Shown in pieces: positions 40,401 through 52,269 of a stretch of 64,000 nt of DNA. The notes below the pieces were generated by a model. It was not told the origin of the DNA and made no database searches. It was given only the letters and a program-made list of their open reading frames with translations. This DNA is from Hydrolagus affinis (lineage: Eukaryota): the NCBI GenBank assembly GCA_012026655.1, contig JAAILG010000006.1:62001-126000 (forward strand). The letters are read 5' to 3'. Every line of letters starts with the position of its first letter. The first letter of the stretch is position 1. Position numbers and translations under genes: made by a program.

Positions 40401-41261
40401 CCCCCTCCAGCCACTGGTTCCCTTCCATACTTTAGTTTTGTAAGTGAAACCAGCCTATAAAGCAATAAGCTGGTTTATAGTGTTTGATTGGAGTTATTCT
40501 CCAAATTCCACTACTGACAAACTGCGGAGTCATGTGTGCCACAAGGACATGTTGAAATTAATTAACATAATATTGTTTTTAATGATCAACTGTAAAACAA
40601 AGACAGTGCATATAATGAAAGGTTACAACTTCCCGAAGGGATGTGTTTTTGCTCGGTCTTTTACTCGGTCCACCCAAACAAAAGCCTATGGTAAGGAAAC
40701 ATTTGCATGGTTGAGTGAACATTTACCGGCACAGTAGGTAGCTGTCTCTTACTGTGTTGTGGATAGCTTTTATTTAACGCACTGGAGTTGAAATCTTTGC
40801 TGAGATGCCTAGGGACACAGTTCATTATGCACTGCAGTCTACCGAACGTGTGGTATGCCATTGTTTGACGTGTGGCTCATTCTATCCTGGCTACACACGT
40901 CAGTAAATTGTTTGCGCATCAGTGCATTTTGCACATATGTAAATGAGACATTTCAGCACATAATACATTTCTATTCACAGAACCTTTAAGTATCCAGTCT
41001 CCCTGTCATAGTTTAATCCAGTGTATGAAATGAGAACGCACAACTTGAATCAATAGATGCTTGTCTGTTTCTGTGGGTAAGGGTCATTCATATTGCAGAA
41101 GACACATCCCCAAGGATTTGCAGGTGTGAAATCAATTTCATCAACAGATACAAACTTGTTTACAAATTTAAATTTTAGGATGGATTCGGAGATATTTATT
41201 CTTTTGAAAGCAACATAGAAAATTACTTTGGTAAAAATGCATTGCATGAATACTTATTACA

Positions 41262-41658
41262 GTATAATGATCCTTGCACTTGATATATCACACCAAATTC
41301 CTGAAAACGCTTCACAGGATTTCCTTTGGTGTAGTGACTACTATCTGGTAGGAATGAATGTGGCAGCCAGTTAGTTCATAGCAATGTCCCACAAATAACC
41401 AAGAGCTGGCTGACCAATTTGTCCTGGGTGGGAAACACCTCTCTCTTTTCAAGCCATGCCATGGGATTTTTAACGCCCACCTGAGTAGGCAGATGGAAGC
41501 TTGGTTTAACATCTCATCTGAACGATGAAGCAATCCTCCAGCACTGTATATCAGAGTGTCAGCCTAGCAGTGTGAACTCAAAAGTCCTGACATGGAACTT
41601 GAGCCCAGAAACCTTCTGACCCAGAAGTGAGAGTGCTACCAACAAGCTACCAAGCTAA
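41262..41658 (-). mobile_element. Older Deu-domain SINE, near full length
   Basis: Tail, AGCAATGTCCCACAAA, TGCCATGGGATTTTTAACGCCCACCTGAGTAGGCAGA and head AACCTTCTGACCCAGAAGTGAGAGTGCTACCAAC. Confidence 0.82.
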
Positions 41659-41761
41659 TGCAATTACAGACTCATTCGTGTTCATGTATATATATATACT
41701 TCAGATTAAGAATGACTGTCTCCTATTATTCGTTTTCTTACTCGTTCCTTATTTGTGTCAG

Positions 41762-41928
41762 CCTGGGTCATTTGGTGGGTTGCATCAGGAAAATGACAGC
41801 TGGGTCAGCACTTCTGAATGGCCGTGTTATTCTGATACTCAGAAAGCCGGCGGGTCAGTCGTGAGCACGCTCACAAGTGTTTCCAGCGTTGCCATGATTT
41901 CCAGAACTCGTCTCTGGGGCCAGGGGCA
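41762..41928 (+). other. Candidate internal exon (167 nt), product not recognised
   Basis: Pyrimidine tract ttttcttactcgttccttatttgtgtcAG and donor CA|GTAAGT. One frame is open throughout and GC is higher than in the flanks. Confidence 0.25.
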
Positions 41929-43084
41929 GTAAGTCAGCGCATCAGCACTTCTGTTTGACTACAGGATCAAGGCAGACTCCAAAGTATATTATAACAGGAC
42001 TCTGACTGCAGTATTGTTGTCTGCATCCGCCTCCAACTGTGCTTTGCAAGAAGATAAGCTGTATTTGGAGGTGTCTTCCGCGTCTTATTATGTTCACGCC
42101 TGAATATCAAGTCAGTGATGTGACCTTGTTAAATGCTTTTATGCTGTAAGAAGATTTAAATTTGTTAAAAGATGAAAAAATAAAATCTGCCACAAATGTC
42201 TTCACTGTTAATTCAGAGCATCCTTTTATCTTTCCCATGGGTTAGGTATCTGTTTATTGCCTTTTGCTTTAATATTCAGCACAGATCAAGATACTGCAGT
42301 GAAGATTTTACTGCGCTGAGTCTGGTCTGATCCACCACACAAAAACGATTCTTCTGTATTACTTACCATCTATTTGCTTATTGAAGCTCAGAAATCTTAT
42401 ACCTGGATTTGTTCATAATAACTATTAGCAGAGATAAGACCTTATCCTCTTTATATCTCGAGGAAAATTTACAAATTTGATAGACAGCCATTATCAAAAG
42501 ACGTTTTGTTTTTGTGACAATGCCTTGGGTAATTTTACAATCTGCTCGTTTCACTGGAAACGGCACTTGAGTGACCTGCAACGCTGCCCTTTCGCACCTG
42601 TGCCATTTCCCTTCCACGAATAATGCACTGAAGTCTTCAATGTGTTCGACATAGGAATGGCATAAAAGAACCAAATACCTGACCAGGGTACTGATGGTCA
42701 CCCAGCTTGGGGCATGTAATATTTGCACAGTGTACACTCTTTAAATTCAAATGCGTCTGTGACATTTACATGAGTTGCTTCTGCGCTTGTTAGGATGAGC
42801 GATAAAGGTAAGCACGGTTTTGACTTTTTAGATTTCATTACCAACTGGTTTGTTGAGAAGCAAGCACATTATTTTTTTTTGTGCAGTGTACACACACTAT
42901 GAACAAGTTGGCGTATACACACTGTAACTGCTTATTCATGCTTTACTCTTACGGTGCCAGCGAGGCAGTATAATTGGCGCTGCAAGCCGGCAATTTTATA
43001 ACTAAACTGAAAAATAAGAGTGAGATTGTTCGATGGGTGCAGACACTATTCAATAAATCCATGGGACAGCTGATGCCTTTAACA

Positions 43085-43420
43085 TGTGCCATCCTGGCTC
43101 AGTTGGTAGCACTCGCACCTGAGTCAGAATATTGTGGGTTCAGGTCCCTCAAGGGACTCTAAACTGAACAGCCTAGCCTTTTTATGTCTACCTGTTCAGG
43201 TAGACATAAAAAGAACCCATGGTGCTTTATGAAAAACAAAGTTTCTCCTGATGCCTTGCCAATAACCCCCAAGTAAATTTGTCATTCAGTTCATGGCTGT
43301 TTGGGGGTCATTGTTGTGAGCAAATTGGCTGCTGGGTTTCTTACAAAAATACACACGTCACAGTAAATCCTGTGAACCTTGGGCTTTGATGCATTTTAAG
43401 GACATGATGAGGTGCAACAT
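43085..43420 (+). mobile_element. Older Deu-domain SINE
   Basis: Head TGGCTCAGTTGGTAGCACTCGCACCTGAGTCAGAA..TGTGGGTTCAGGTCCC, then CCTGTTCAGGTAGACATAAAA and CAAATTGGCTGCTG. Confidence 0.8.
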
Positions 43421-45574
43421 GGGCTACAAATGCGCAGTCACTAGACATCAGACTAAAATCCTGCGAAATACTTTGAACATGTTAATGACATGATAAGGTG
43501 CTATATCAAACTCAAGGATTATTATTAGTATAACTAATGCCTGTTCCAACTAAAATGTTCATATCACTAAAGCCCTATCTCAGTAATATTATCAAAGCTT
43601 TGGATAAAATTGTCTTGCATGTACTTATGTGACAGAGACTATTAGCACTCAACACAATGTAATTCTTTAGTGCTAAATGTTCTTTGACCATGACTGCTGA
43701 GTTCCTCTTTATATTGTGAATTAATCACAAGGATTAAGTGTTAGCACATAAGACGGAAACCAACGATTAAACTGGTAATTAATGAATGGACTGGATAAAA
43801 TTAAGCACCTATTATTTAATAAGAATTATTTAGCACCTAACGGACCAGTTTTGTACTAAGAGTAGTTGCAATTGGGTTAAATGGCAAATAATTTATACCA
43901 AACTTGTATCAACCAGCGTTCAATAATTGAATTACTTATCAGAAGTGGGAAGATCTTAATTTTGTCAGTAGCTGCCTTATTTTGTTTTGCCCACAAAATA
44001 GTCAATTCACTTTGTAGTGTACTCTATGAGGTGTTTTGGGATGTGATAAGGGGCTATAACAAACATAAGGATTATCATTATAAAAACTGGTGGATAATAG
44101 GAGAAGTAGTAGAATGCACAGACTGAACCATTCCCCTCCGTGAAGAGTATACCAACAACAACTTGCACTGATATTGCGCCCTCCACGCAGGGTAGCATCT
44201 CAAAGTAATTTAGCCTGAACAGAACAGTTATATCTGAGTGGATTTTAGGCACGTTCGCAGAATAACACCATCAAACCTGGTATTGCAACTGTTTTCACCA
44301 TATCTGAAAGATCACTGTTGCTGAAAAAAAAGGTAACTATATTTAACACTAATTACCCATGGGATTGTTTGAGGTACTTTGAGGCAAAACAGTGCTGTAA
44401 CATGTAAGTTCTTTCTTCTTTAATTGGTGCTTATGTCGTTAGGTGTCAGCCTGGCTCAGTTGGTAGCATTCTCTTCTTCAAGTCAGAAGGCTGTGGGTTC
44501 AAGACCCAAGTCAGGATTTTGAGCTCAAGGCTGATAGACACTCCAGTGTAATGTACACAAAGTCAGAATGTTGCCTTTTGGATGTGAATTTGAATCCAAG
44601 ATTAGTTTTTGATTGCCTTTTGAATGAGATTTGTTGATTTAAGTGATGCAATAAGCATGTTTACAAAATAAGTCACATTTATATGATAGTGCCTTGCTCC
44701 ATAACTCCTTTCACCATAAAAGCATTGAAGCAGTTCAAAAATTCAAATAATTTGAAATCAATGTTATTCAATAGTCAAACGCAATAGCTAAAACAGCAAT
44801 GAGGCATGTAGGTAAGTTATTTAATTATTTTCTTATTTGCTTGAGGGGGAAATTTAATAAGAATTATTATTATTATAATATTCCTGTCATTAGGTATAGT
44901 GCCTTGCACATCAGGAGAACATCTCAAAACATTTTGCAGAATACTTTGCAAACGATAGTTGCTGGCTTTTCGTAGTGTATTAGCCAGGACAATTGGGAGA
45001 AACTTTTTGAGTTCACTGAAACCACAAGGCATGTGAGACCTTGGCTTTAATGATCCATCTGATGAATCGGAAATAGCTTTTCAAACTGGAGCTAGAGCAT
45101 TGGGAGACAATGACAACTTAATGCTCTATCCAATGTTATTCACTAAATCCAATCAGCTCCATTGAGTTCATTTGGCACTTTTGTCCTTGGGAATGATAAT
45201 TAAAGTGTAATCATAAATTTACATTTAACATTATTTACAAGGTTAAAAAGACAAGGATGAATAAATTCACATGAAAAAAATGGACTATGTGCAGTGGAAT
45301 AGCTCCCCAGGTGCAATTTGTATTATTTGGGTCTGATTTTCCAAAGAACTCTGATGGAAATAGCATCAAGTTTCTTGGACACGGAATTCCCTGTGGCTAT
45401 CTTTCTAAGATCAATGCAAGGGATTAAATGCAAGCAAATGCGCTGTAGTGATTTTATTCATCATCTTGCACCCACAAGTAGGAACCCTGTCATTAGTCGA
45501 TTGGCGGATAGCGTTTCCAAGGGTAATAAGGGTTTTACCAAGGGCAAAAAACTAAATAAATAATAAGAAGAAAT

Positions 45575-45805
45575 AGGACACTTCAATTTATGATTGTTAG
45601 CGGGACACTGCTGTGCGCAGTTGACTGACGCGTTTCGCCAACAAAATACACAGTCAATTCCCTTCACAGTACATTACAGTACAAGCCATACAGCGTGGAG
45701 GGCGCTATATAAATCAAAGTTGTTGTTGTTGTACATTCAGTGAAGCGCTTTTAGATATAAAAAGGCACTATATTAAATACAAGGATTATATTTATAATTA
45801 TTATC
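45575..45805 (+). mobile_element. SINE 3' half with a nested short L2-tail insertion
   Basis: The SINE centre and tail are interrupted by GCGTGGAGGGCGCTATATAAATCAAA(GTT)n, with GTACATT on both sides. Confidence 0.8.
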
Positions 45806-46809
45806 ACTACCTGTCATTCAAGCTAAAATAAAGTACAGTACATCTCATATTAGAAAGTATGGTTCAAAAGATATATTCTCCACTAATCTATTATGACTAC
45901 AGTTTAAAGGCATAAAAAAGAGGAGTTTTGCTCAGGGCTAGATGTACTCTATTTTTGTAGTTTTTTTTTAGAATATCTGGAATTTGACATCTTCTAATAC
46001 ATAGCTTTAATTTTGAAACCATTCTTTTGTAAGTTCTATTAAGAATTACTGAGAAAATAAGTTTGAAAGTTAAAGCAGAATTCAACAATTTTCAGGCTCA
46101 TGCTGCAATTATAATGTAAATCAAGATCCAGGTGGAATTTCTCCCAAAAGGTATTTGGATTTGCAAATAATGCTTTATTTCAAGGGGTTTGAAGGTTACA
46201 GTTCATCCAGAACAGTATTAGAAAACAGAGGAACACACAAAAAAAACACTTTATGGCGTTTATAGATTTGCAAATATATTCAAATTCAATATTATAAATA
46301 CACATTTAAAATATTTTAGATCTGTGTAGCATTTTGTCAGCTTTCATCAAGACTAATTAGATTTTACTTTTGAAATTAATCTCTGTCTTTCATTTTCTTT
46401 ACAATAATTTGATACATGGTTAGTTTGAGAATCAGTGGATGCTGCCATTTTCAATTAGCTTTAATCTTTTGCCTGCTCTTACTTGTCACTCTCAATGGTG
46501 CACTGTTTCTTCTTCCAGAAAATTCCACACTGTCATTTTTATTATTTTTTATTGCTGCGATGTATTCTGTTCAATCTTTTCCAGTCTCGCTCCACAATTT
46601 TGTCTGTCTTTTGCTTTGATCTCCTCCATTGTTTCACAGAACTGGTAGTCTACATCAAACCCTGAAAGGAAACTCTACAAAGGTCACATTTGTTACTCTG
46701 TTTGTGCAAAAGGTGGGCCTTTTGTCATCAACCAATATCATTTACATGGAACCATATCCTAAATAATGGGAACCAACATTTATTTCCTTGTTATCAATCT
46801 GCAACGCAA

Positions 46810-46872
46810 AGCGGGCCGTGCAGAAGAGAGCAGCAAGGATGATTCCCAATGTAAGAGGAATGAGCTATGAGC
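46810..46872 (+). mobile_element. Short CR1 ORF2 fragment
   Basis: AVQKRAARMIPNVRGMSYE matches CR1 VQRRATRMIP.L.GLSYEE. Confidence 0.7.
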
Positions 46873-48329
46873 TGCTCCAACAGAAAAGTGCTGACCCACT
46901 ATTTCCGCGGAATTCGCTACAAACGCCCTCCTTCTCTACAAATACCCCCCCTTCCACTGAACACCTGTACAGACAGTGTACTAGGCCCTGGGTCTCTGCG
47001 CGCTGTTTGCTCAACGCTGCTACTGTGAGCGGAGCTACTCTGGTGGCGTGTGCCTGGCACGGAGAGTGTTGGGATCTTAAAAGTGCCGTGAGTGTGAAAC
47101 AGGCTTCACTCGTTAGCGAGTGAACCATGACAGAAATACCAGCCGAGTGACACGAATGCCATCTATTTGCTCGATGCCCGGACTAAATTGAGCTCCTGCG
47201 ATGGATTCTTGATAAGTTCAATACTATTCAGATAGCTACCCTACAAATCAGCTTGTGTTTTTGATCCTCACAGGTTAGCAACACTGGATGCAGAAAAAGA
47301 CTTATGCCGTGTTGTAATTCCTGCCCTTTCAGCTGTTTCAAACTTTGAATTGCATGCCCGCAAAACAGCTGTAGAAACTACAGAATAGCAGCATGATGCT
47401 GTTTGGCCTGAGCCACGCGTGAAACTAAAGCTGCAAGAAGGTACATTTGGCTACCAGTGAGCACTGCTGATATGGAAAGGTCTCTTTCAGTGTATTCATT
47501 CCTCTGTTTTCAGCTTGAGTTTTTGTACCGTGTTGGATTTAAAATGAAGCAATAAGTGTTAATTTTCATATTCTAGACCCTAAGGCATTTTTCACTGAAT
47601 TGATTTCGACCCGAGGTGAAAGGCGCTGTATCGAATGCAAGGATTATTATTTTCGGGATCGAAAATGTGATCTGTATTTGAAAGCACCATGAGCATAACA
47701 ACACCCATTTATACCCTGAATCTTTCTCTGTCTCCAACTCGCCTTACTGACCACAGTTTTCGTCTCTCTCTCCCCCACCGCCACCTCTCTTTCATGTTGA
47801 TAGTTCCACGATTTTTGTCCCTCAATGTTTTGTGTTTCACTCCCGGCTCTACGCCTCTCACCTTATCTCAGTGTTGCCCTTTTGTTCCTCCCACCTTCAG
47901 TATTCTCTATCGTCATCATCATCATCACAGAATTGGCAGACATTGGATCAATTCAAGTAGTGAATTGTACCCATTCTATCAATTCTCTCAGTTCTTCGAA
48001 AGCCCGCTGAGGCTTTTGGGGGTGGAAGAGCATTTCAATTCAAAAAACAGCTGGAGTCATCAGATACAATGCTGTGATCTTTATTTGAAAGGAAAGTACC
48101 TTCATGATAAGTATTTGGCAAGCCTTAAGATATCAATGTGATGATCTAAATCACGTTGAATCATATGATCGTGGCAATAGGCATGAACTGTAACGATGAA
48201 AATGGTATACAGTTTTTCTGCATCTCTTTCCTTAAAACAATACATAGAACATTAATCCCTCCTCTAACATCCGTCATGTTAATGCTCGGACTGTTGAAAA
48301 GTTAAAGTTTGGTTGTGTACTAAGAAGTA

Positions 48330-48680
48330 CTCCAAATGTAGTCTAACTAAGTTTTTAAGATAAATTTAACATGACCTTCCTCCTCCTATGCATTTTTTAT
48401 GGCCTTGTCCACCTGTGCTGCTATTGTAGATCCCTGTAAATCTGAATTCCCTTGTTCCTCTACTCCTTTATACTTCCTGCCACTTAACATTTACCTACAC
48501 TATATTTCAAGTGCCACCTATCCGGCCTACCCACCCGCTCTCCAAGCCCATGCATTAATGCATATCTTCCTGCCATCATCTACATCATTTACTGCTGCCC
48601 CCCAGTTTGGTGTCTCCTATGATTTTTGATTATGACTGAGCCCTAATAATTTATGCACATATTCTATTTGTTAGGGAGGA
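48330..48680 (-). mobile_element. CR1 RT relic
   Basis: Antisense CCCCAGTTTGGTGTC encodes DTKLG of FADDTKLGG, within pyrimidine-rich CR1 antisense sequence. Confidence 0.55.
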
Positions 48681-50504
48681 TCAAGGAGCTTGAACAGAGG
48701 TTATGTTTTAACGATATAGCAATTTGCTTGTGACAACACACTAAATAGAAAATGTCACCATCAAGCTCGTCTATACAACCACACATTATTACCCTGAAGA
48801 ATACATTTACAGTGACATGATAATGTTTTATCGTTATTGAAAAGCTACCGACCTTTCAAGCGTAGTAAACCCTAAAGTCGGCATGTCACAATTGTGCAGC
48901 TTTTAATGAGCGAAAACAGAAATAAAAATCATTGATTAATAAATTGGGAAAATGGATTGAATATTTTTGTTTGCTGCATTCCTAGTCACTTTTGGTATAT
49001 TCAATAAATTTAGTGGAAATTTGAACTTTTAACAGAACAAATCTTTACCCATAAGGCTGCTGAGGCAAAATAAATTGGTATGTTTAAAACGGAGGTAAAG
49101 TTGTTCAAGAGATAGAGAGAAGGGCATTTAATGGATATGGGGAAATGGGGATAAAAGATATGTCATTATCTAATGAAGTCGTGAATTGGGCTTGATGACT
49201 GACATCCTTCTGTGTTTATGTTTCTGTAGAAGGCTTTGTGATGAGGGTTGAAGCAAAATTCTGCCATCAAAATATGATACTCTGAAATGCTTCAGTTAGG
49301 GGAAAGAAATCTTTAGGATTAACACTTCATAGCACAATCTGCAGTTGCTTCACTCAAAACATAAATATACATCTCGGATTTACTGCAGCCACTAATTTGA
49401 TGATAACTACACGCGTAGCTGCTATAACACAGCCTTTGAGCAAAGAGCGGGGTTGGGGGGGTGCAATTCAGATGAAAATCTAAGGGTTGAAATCGTTTGG
49501 ATATGTTTTCATTCTCCTAAGAATCTTGTTCGCTGTTATTGAAAAATCACCCTGCCATAGTACAACCTCCTTTCATTAGGCACAGGCACTTAGACAGATC
49601 AGTGTGTAGTCCGTATCAGTTAGTTGATCTGAGCTCTCCACGTTTTTTCCACATTGATCAGTTAATTAATCCTTCGTGGAAACAATGGAAGCTGCTTTAT
49701 GTATTTGAATACCAACATCAATCTCGTCAGAACAAGGCACTAAATTCTTCGGGAATGTGTGCACATTTTAAATTGACGACATCTGACTGAAATATCTGAT
49801 TGTACTTTGCTGTTTGATAGTGTACAATAAATGTAGACTGCATTGATACTAGGCTTGCATCTTATTTTTTCTGAGAAAACATTTCATTTTTTTATGAGAT
49901 ATGGAACGTCGGGTCACCCAAGACCAAATAAGATCTCTGACCTCCCATTCCCGACTGCGATCATTATAATTATCTTATTCCCCTCTTCTCCTCCCTCTCC
50001 CCTCAGCCCCAGAATTGGCAACTCTATCCAACTCATGTTTGCTCTTGATTATCAGGTCCATATATTCACCACTTTCTGTGTGCAAAGTAGTTTTAATCAT
50101 AATAATAATCGCTGCATTCGATATAGCACCAAAGCATATCTCAAAATGCTTCACCTAATATATTGTAAAGTGAATTTATGTGTATTTGGGATTTGATTTA
50201 AATCTACCATCATCATCTTCCTCCTGGGATGTACCCTTTAGATTTCTACAGTTCCATGCAAATTGTTTTTTGAGATCCTATTTTCCCCCAAATGCTAATT
50301 ATCGCTCCTCATACCTCCATTTCAGGCCACTTGCTATCAAACTGTCCATTTTAAACAACCCTTATCAGTCCGACTGTTCATCCTGATCTCTCGATCTCCT
50401 TATCGGCCACAAAACAATAACGTAACGTTATTTCCTGTAAAGCGGTTTGAACCCGAGCAAGTTTGGTATCATCTGGAAAGTTGGACAACTTAGCTGCTGT
50501 CCCC

Positions 50505-50628
50505 CAAAAAACACAAAATACTGCAGATGCTGGAAATCTGAAACAAAAACAGAAATCGTTGGGAACACTCAGCAGGCTTGACCTGCCGCCTAACCTGCCG
50601 AGTGTTCCCAGCGATTTCTGTTTTTGTT
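50505..50628 (+). mobile_element. Penelope-like fold-back element, short form, with a 15-bp TSD
   Basis: Arms AAACAAAAACAGAAATCGTTGGGAACACTCAGCAGG and CCTGCCGAGTGTTCCCAGCGATTTCTGTTTTTGTTT. Flanks are TTAGCTGCTGTCCCC (50490-50504) and TTAGCTACTGTCCCC (50629-50643). Confidence 0.85.
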
Positions 50629-50659
50629 TTAGCTACTGTCCCCACTTCCAAGTCAACTT

Positions 50660-50990
50660 ACCGTAATAAAAACATTAGAGGTCCCAGCAGTGAGCTTTCA
50701 GTCCTGTTACTAATTACAGTAGTTCTTTTCAATTTGTGTTCATGGTCTACTTTGTAGAACACATACAAGTCTATGACCACTATAGATGCTCCCTTTGCCG
50801 CATATTCAATGCTTTTCAATATCGTGGAGAAGTGTCTCACATGGCGCTAAGCCAGTGATTTTGCTAAAATCCATATTTGTGTAGCACAAAGTTACCATTT
50901 CTTTATAAAACTCCCATAGCATGTCAGTCGTGACTTCATTCTCATGAAGCAATTTGGACTGCCTCTTATCACTTCATATTTCATTAGGTG
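50660..50990 (-). mobile_element. Highly decayed CR1 RT fragment
   Basis: Minus-strand remnants EFYKEMV, VIDLYVFYKVDH (compare VYLDF.KAFDKV.H) and SLLGPLMFLL (compare GSVLGPLLFL). Confidence 0.5.
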
Positions 50991-51977
50991 CTTCATTACA
51001 GCCTCCTTCAGTCTTTCAAAGTCTAAATCTCAGACAGCCATGTCTTTTCGGTACCCAGAGTGGTTCATGTAAGAAGAACAGGATTTTGAGTTTCCATGGT
51101 GACAACCAAAGTTAACCCAGTTCCGAGGAATAATAATTTGATGGACACAAGGACAGAACAACTCCTTTCAGAATTGAACTAACTCAACACAAATGGGCAT
51201 CTGGGCTAAAATTCAACGAGTATGAACTGGTTTTAAACTTTTAATAACTTCAGCAAATATATCGCATAATTTACTGGAACGTTTAACCACTCTTCATTTT
51301 GCAGATTTCCCAGAAATGCGTGTTTCTTTCGCAAGTGAAAAGCTGTTGCGTTAAAACAAAACCACCCTTATAAACTACGGTATTATGCAGCTATAAGGGA
51401 ATGATTGATCAAGTGTGGAAATTAAGAAGATATCAGCGTATGTCGTAGAGATTAAATGAATTTGTTATAGATAGACAACGCTGACAATGAGACATACGGG
51501 TCTTAAGTTTTCCAAATGCACTCTATTAGTTTAACAATCTGCTTGCCTTGACTGTTGATAGTGGAAAGAAGCCTCCAATTACACACACAAGACACCAGAG
51601 TCTCCCTTGACTGGATGCAATTTGGTAATCCTGCTATAAATGCTATTAACAAATATCTTAAAACACAAATCTAGGAAGCTCCGATGTTCAGTAATTATAA
51701 TCCTTGCATTTGATATAGCACCTTATTACATCTTTGAGACGTCACAAAGTGACTCACAGAATATATTGTAAAGTCAATTGACAGTAAATTTGTACGCACA
51801 GCTGTGTCCCACAAACCATCACGGATTGAGCTTCATTGCTATGCAAGAAGCTGCAAATTTTTTTTTTTTTTAATTTTTAATTGTTTTGTTTTTTAACCTC
51901 TTTTTTTATCCCTGGAAAAGCAACCTAACAATTGACTAACAATCAGGTACCTATTGACTGTTAGGTAAATAGAGGCA

Positions 51978-52269
51978 AAACACAAAATACTACAAATGCT
52001 GGAAATCTGAAACAAAAACAGAAGTTTCTGGGGAAATTCAGCAGGTCAGGCAGCATCCATGGAGAAAGGAAAAAGAGTCAACGTTTCGGGTCTACAACCT
52101 CAAACTCGAAGCCCTAGTTCTGACGAAGGGTTGTAGACCCGAAACGTTGACTCTTTTTCCTTTCTCCATGGATGAACACAAGAATTAGGAGCAGGAGTAG
52201 CCTGCCCCGCCATTCAATAAGATGCTGCCTGACCTACTGAGTTTCCCCAGCAACTTCTGTTTTTGTTTC
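51978..52269 (+). mobile_element. Penelope-like fold-back element with a perfect 15-bp TSD
   Basis: Inverted arms of about 90 bp (52007-52099 versus 52129-52271, excluding the insert). TSD AGGTAAATAGAGGCA at 51963-51977 and 52270-52284. Confidence 0.88.
52116..52152 (+). ncRNA. Minimal type-I hammerhead ribozyme motif (Penelope-like-element type)
   Basis: Stem I AGTT/GACT, core CTGACGA, stem II GGGT-tgtag-ACCC, GAAAC, the palindromic AACGTT stem III region and the NUH triplet GUU. Confidence 0.65.

Noticed and set aside
42367-42402. Minus-strand mini-exon candidates (here GIRFLSFNKQID; also 54107-54137)
   Set aside because: The donors are good but the pyrimidine tracts are weak and the peptides are not recognised, so they cannot be told apart from chance sites.
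47689-48141. Long ORFs (150 aa here; also 58164..58661, 59469..59924, 17936..18367)
   Set aside because: They have no recognisable domains, have low-complexity or repeat-derived composition, and overlap SINE or L2 sequence in several cases.
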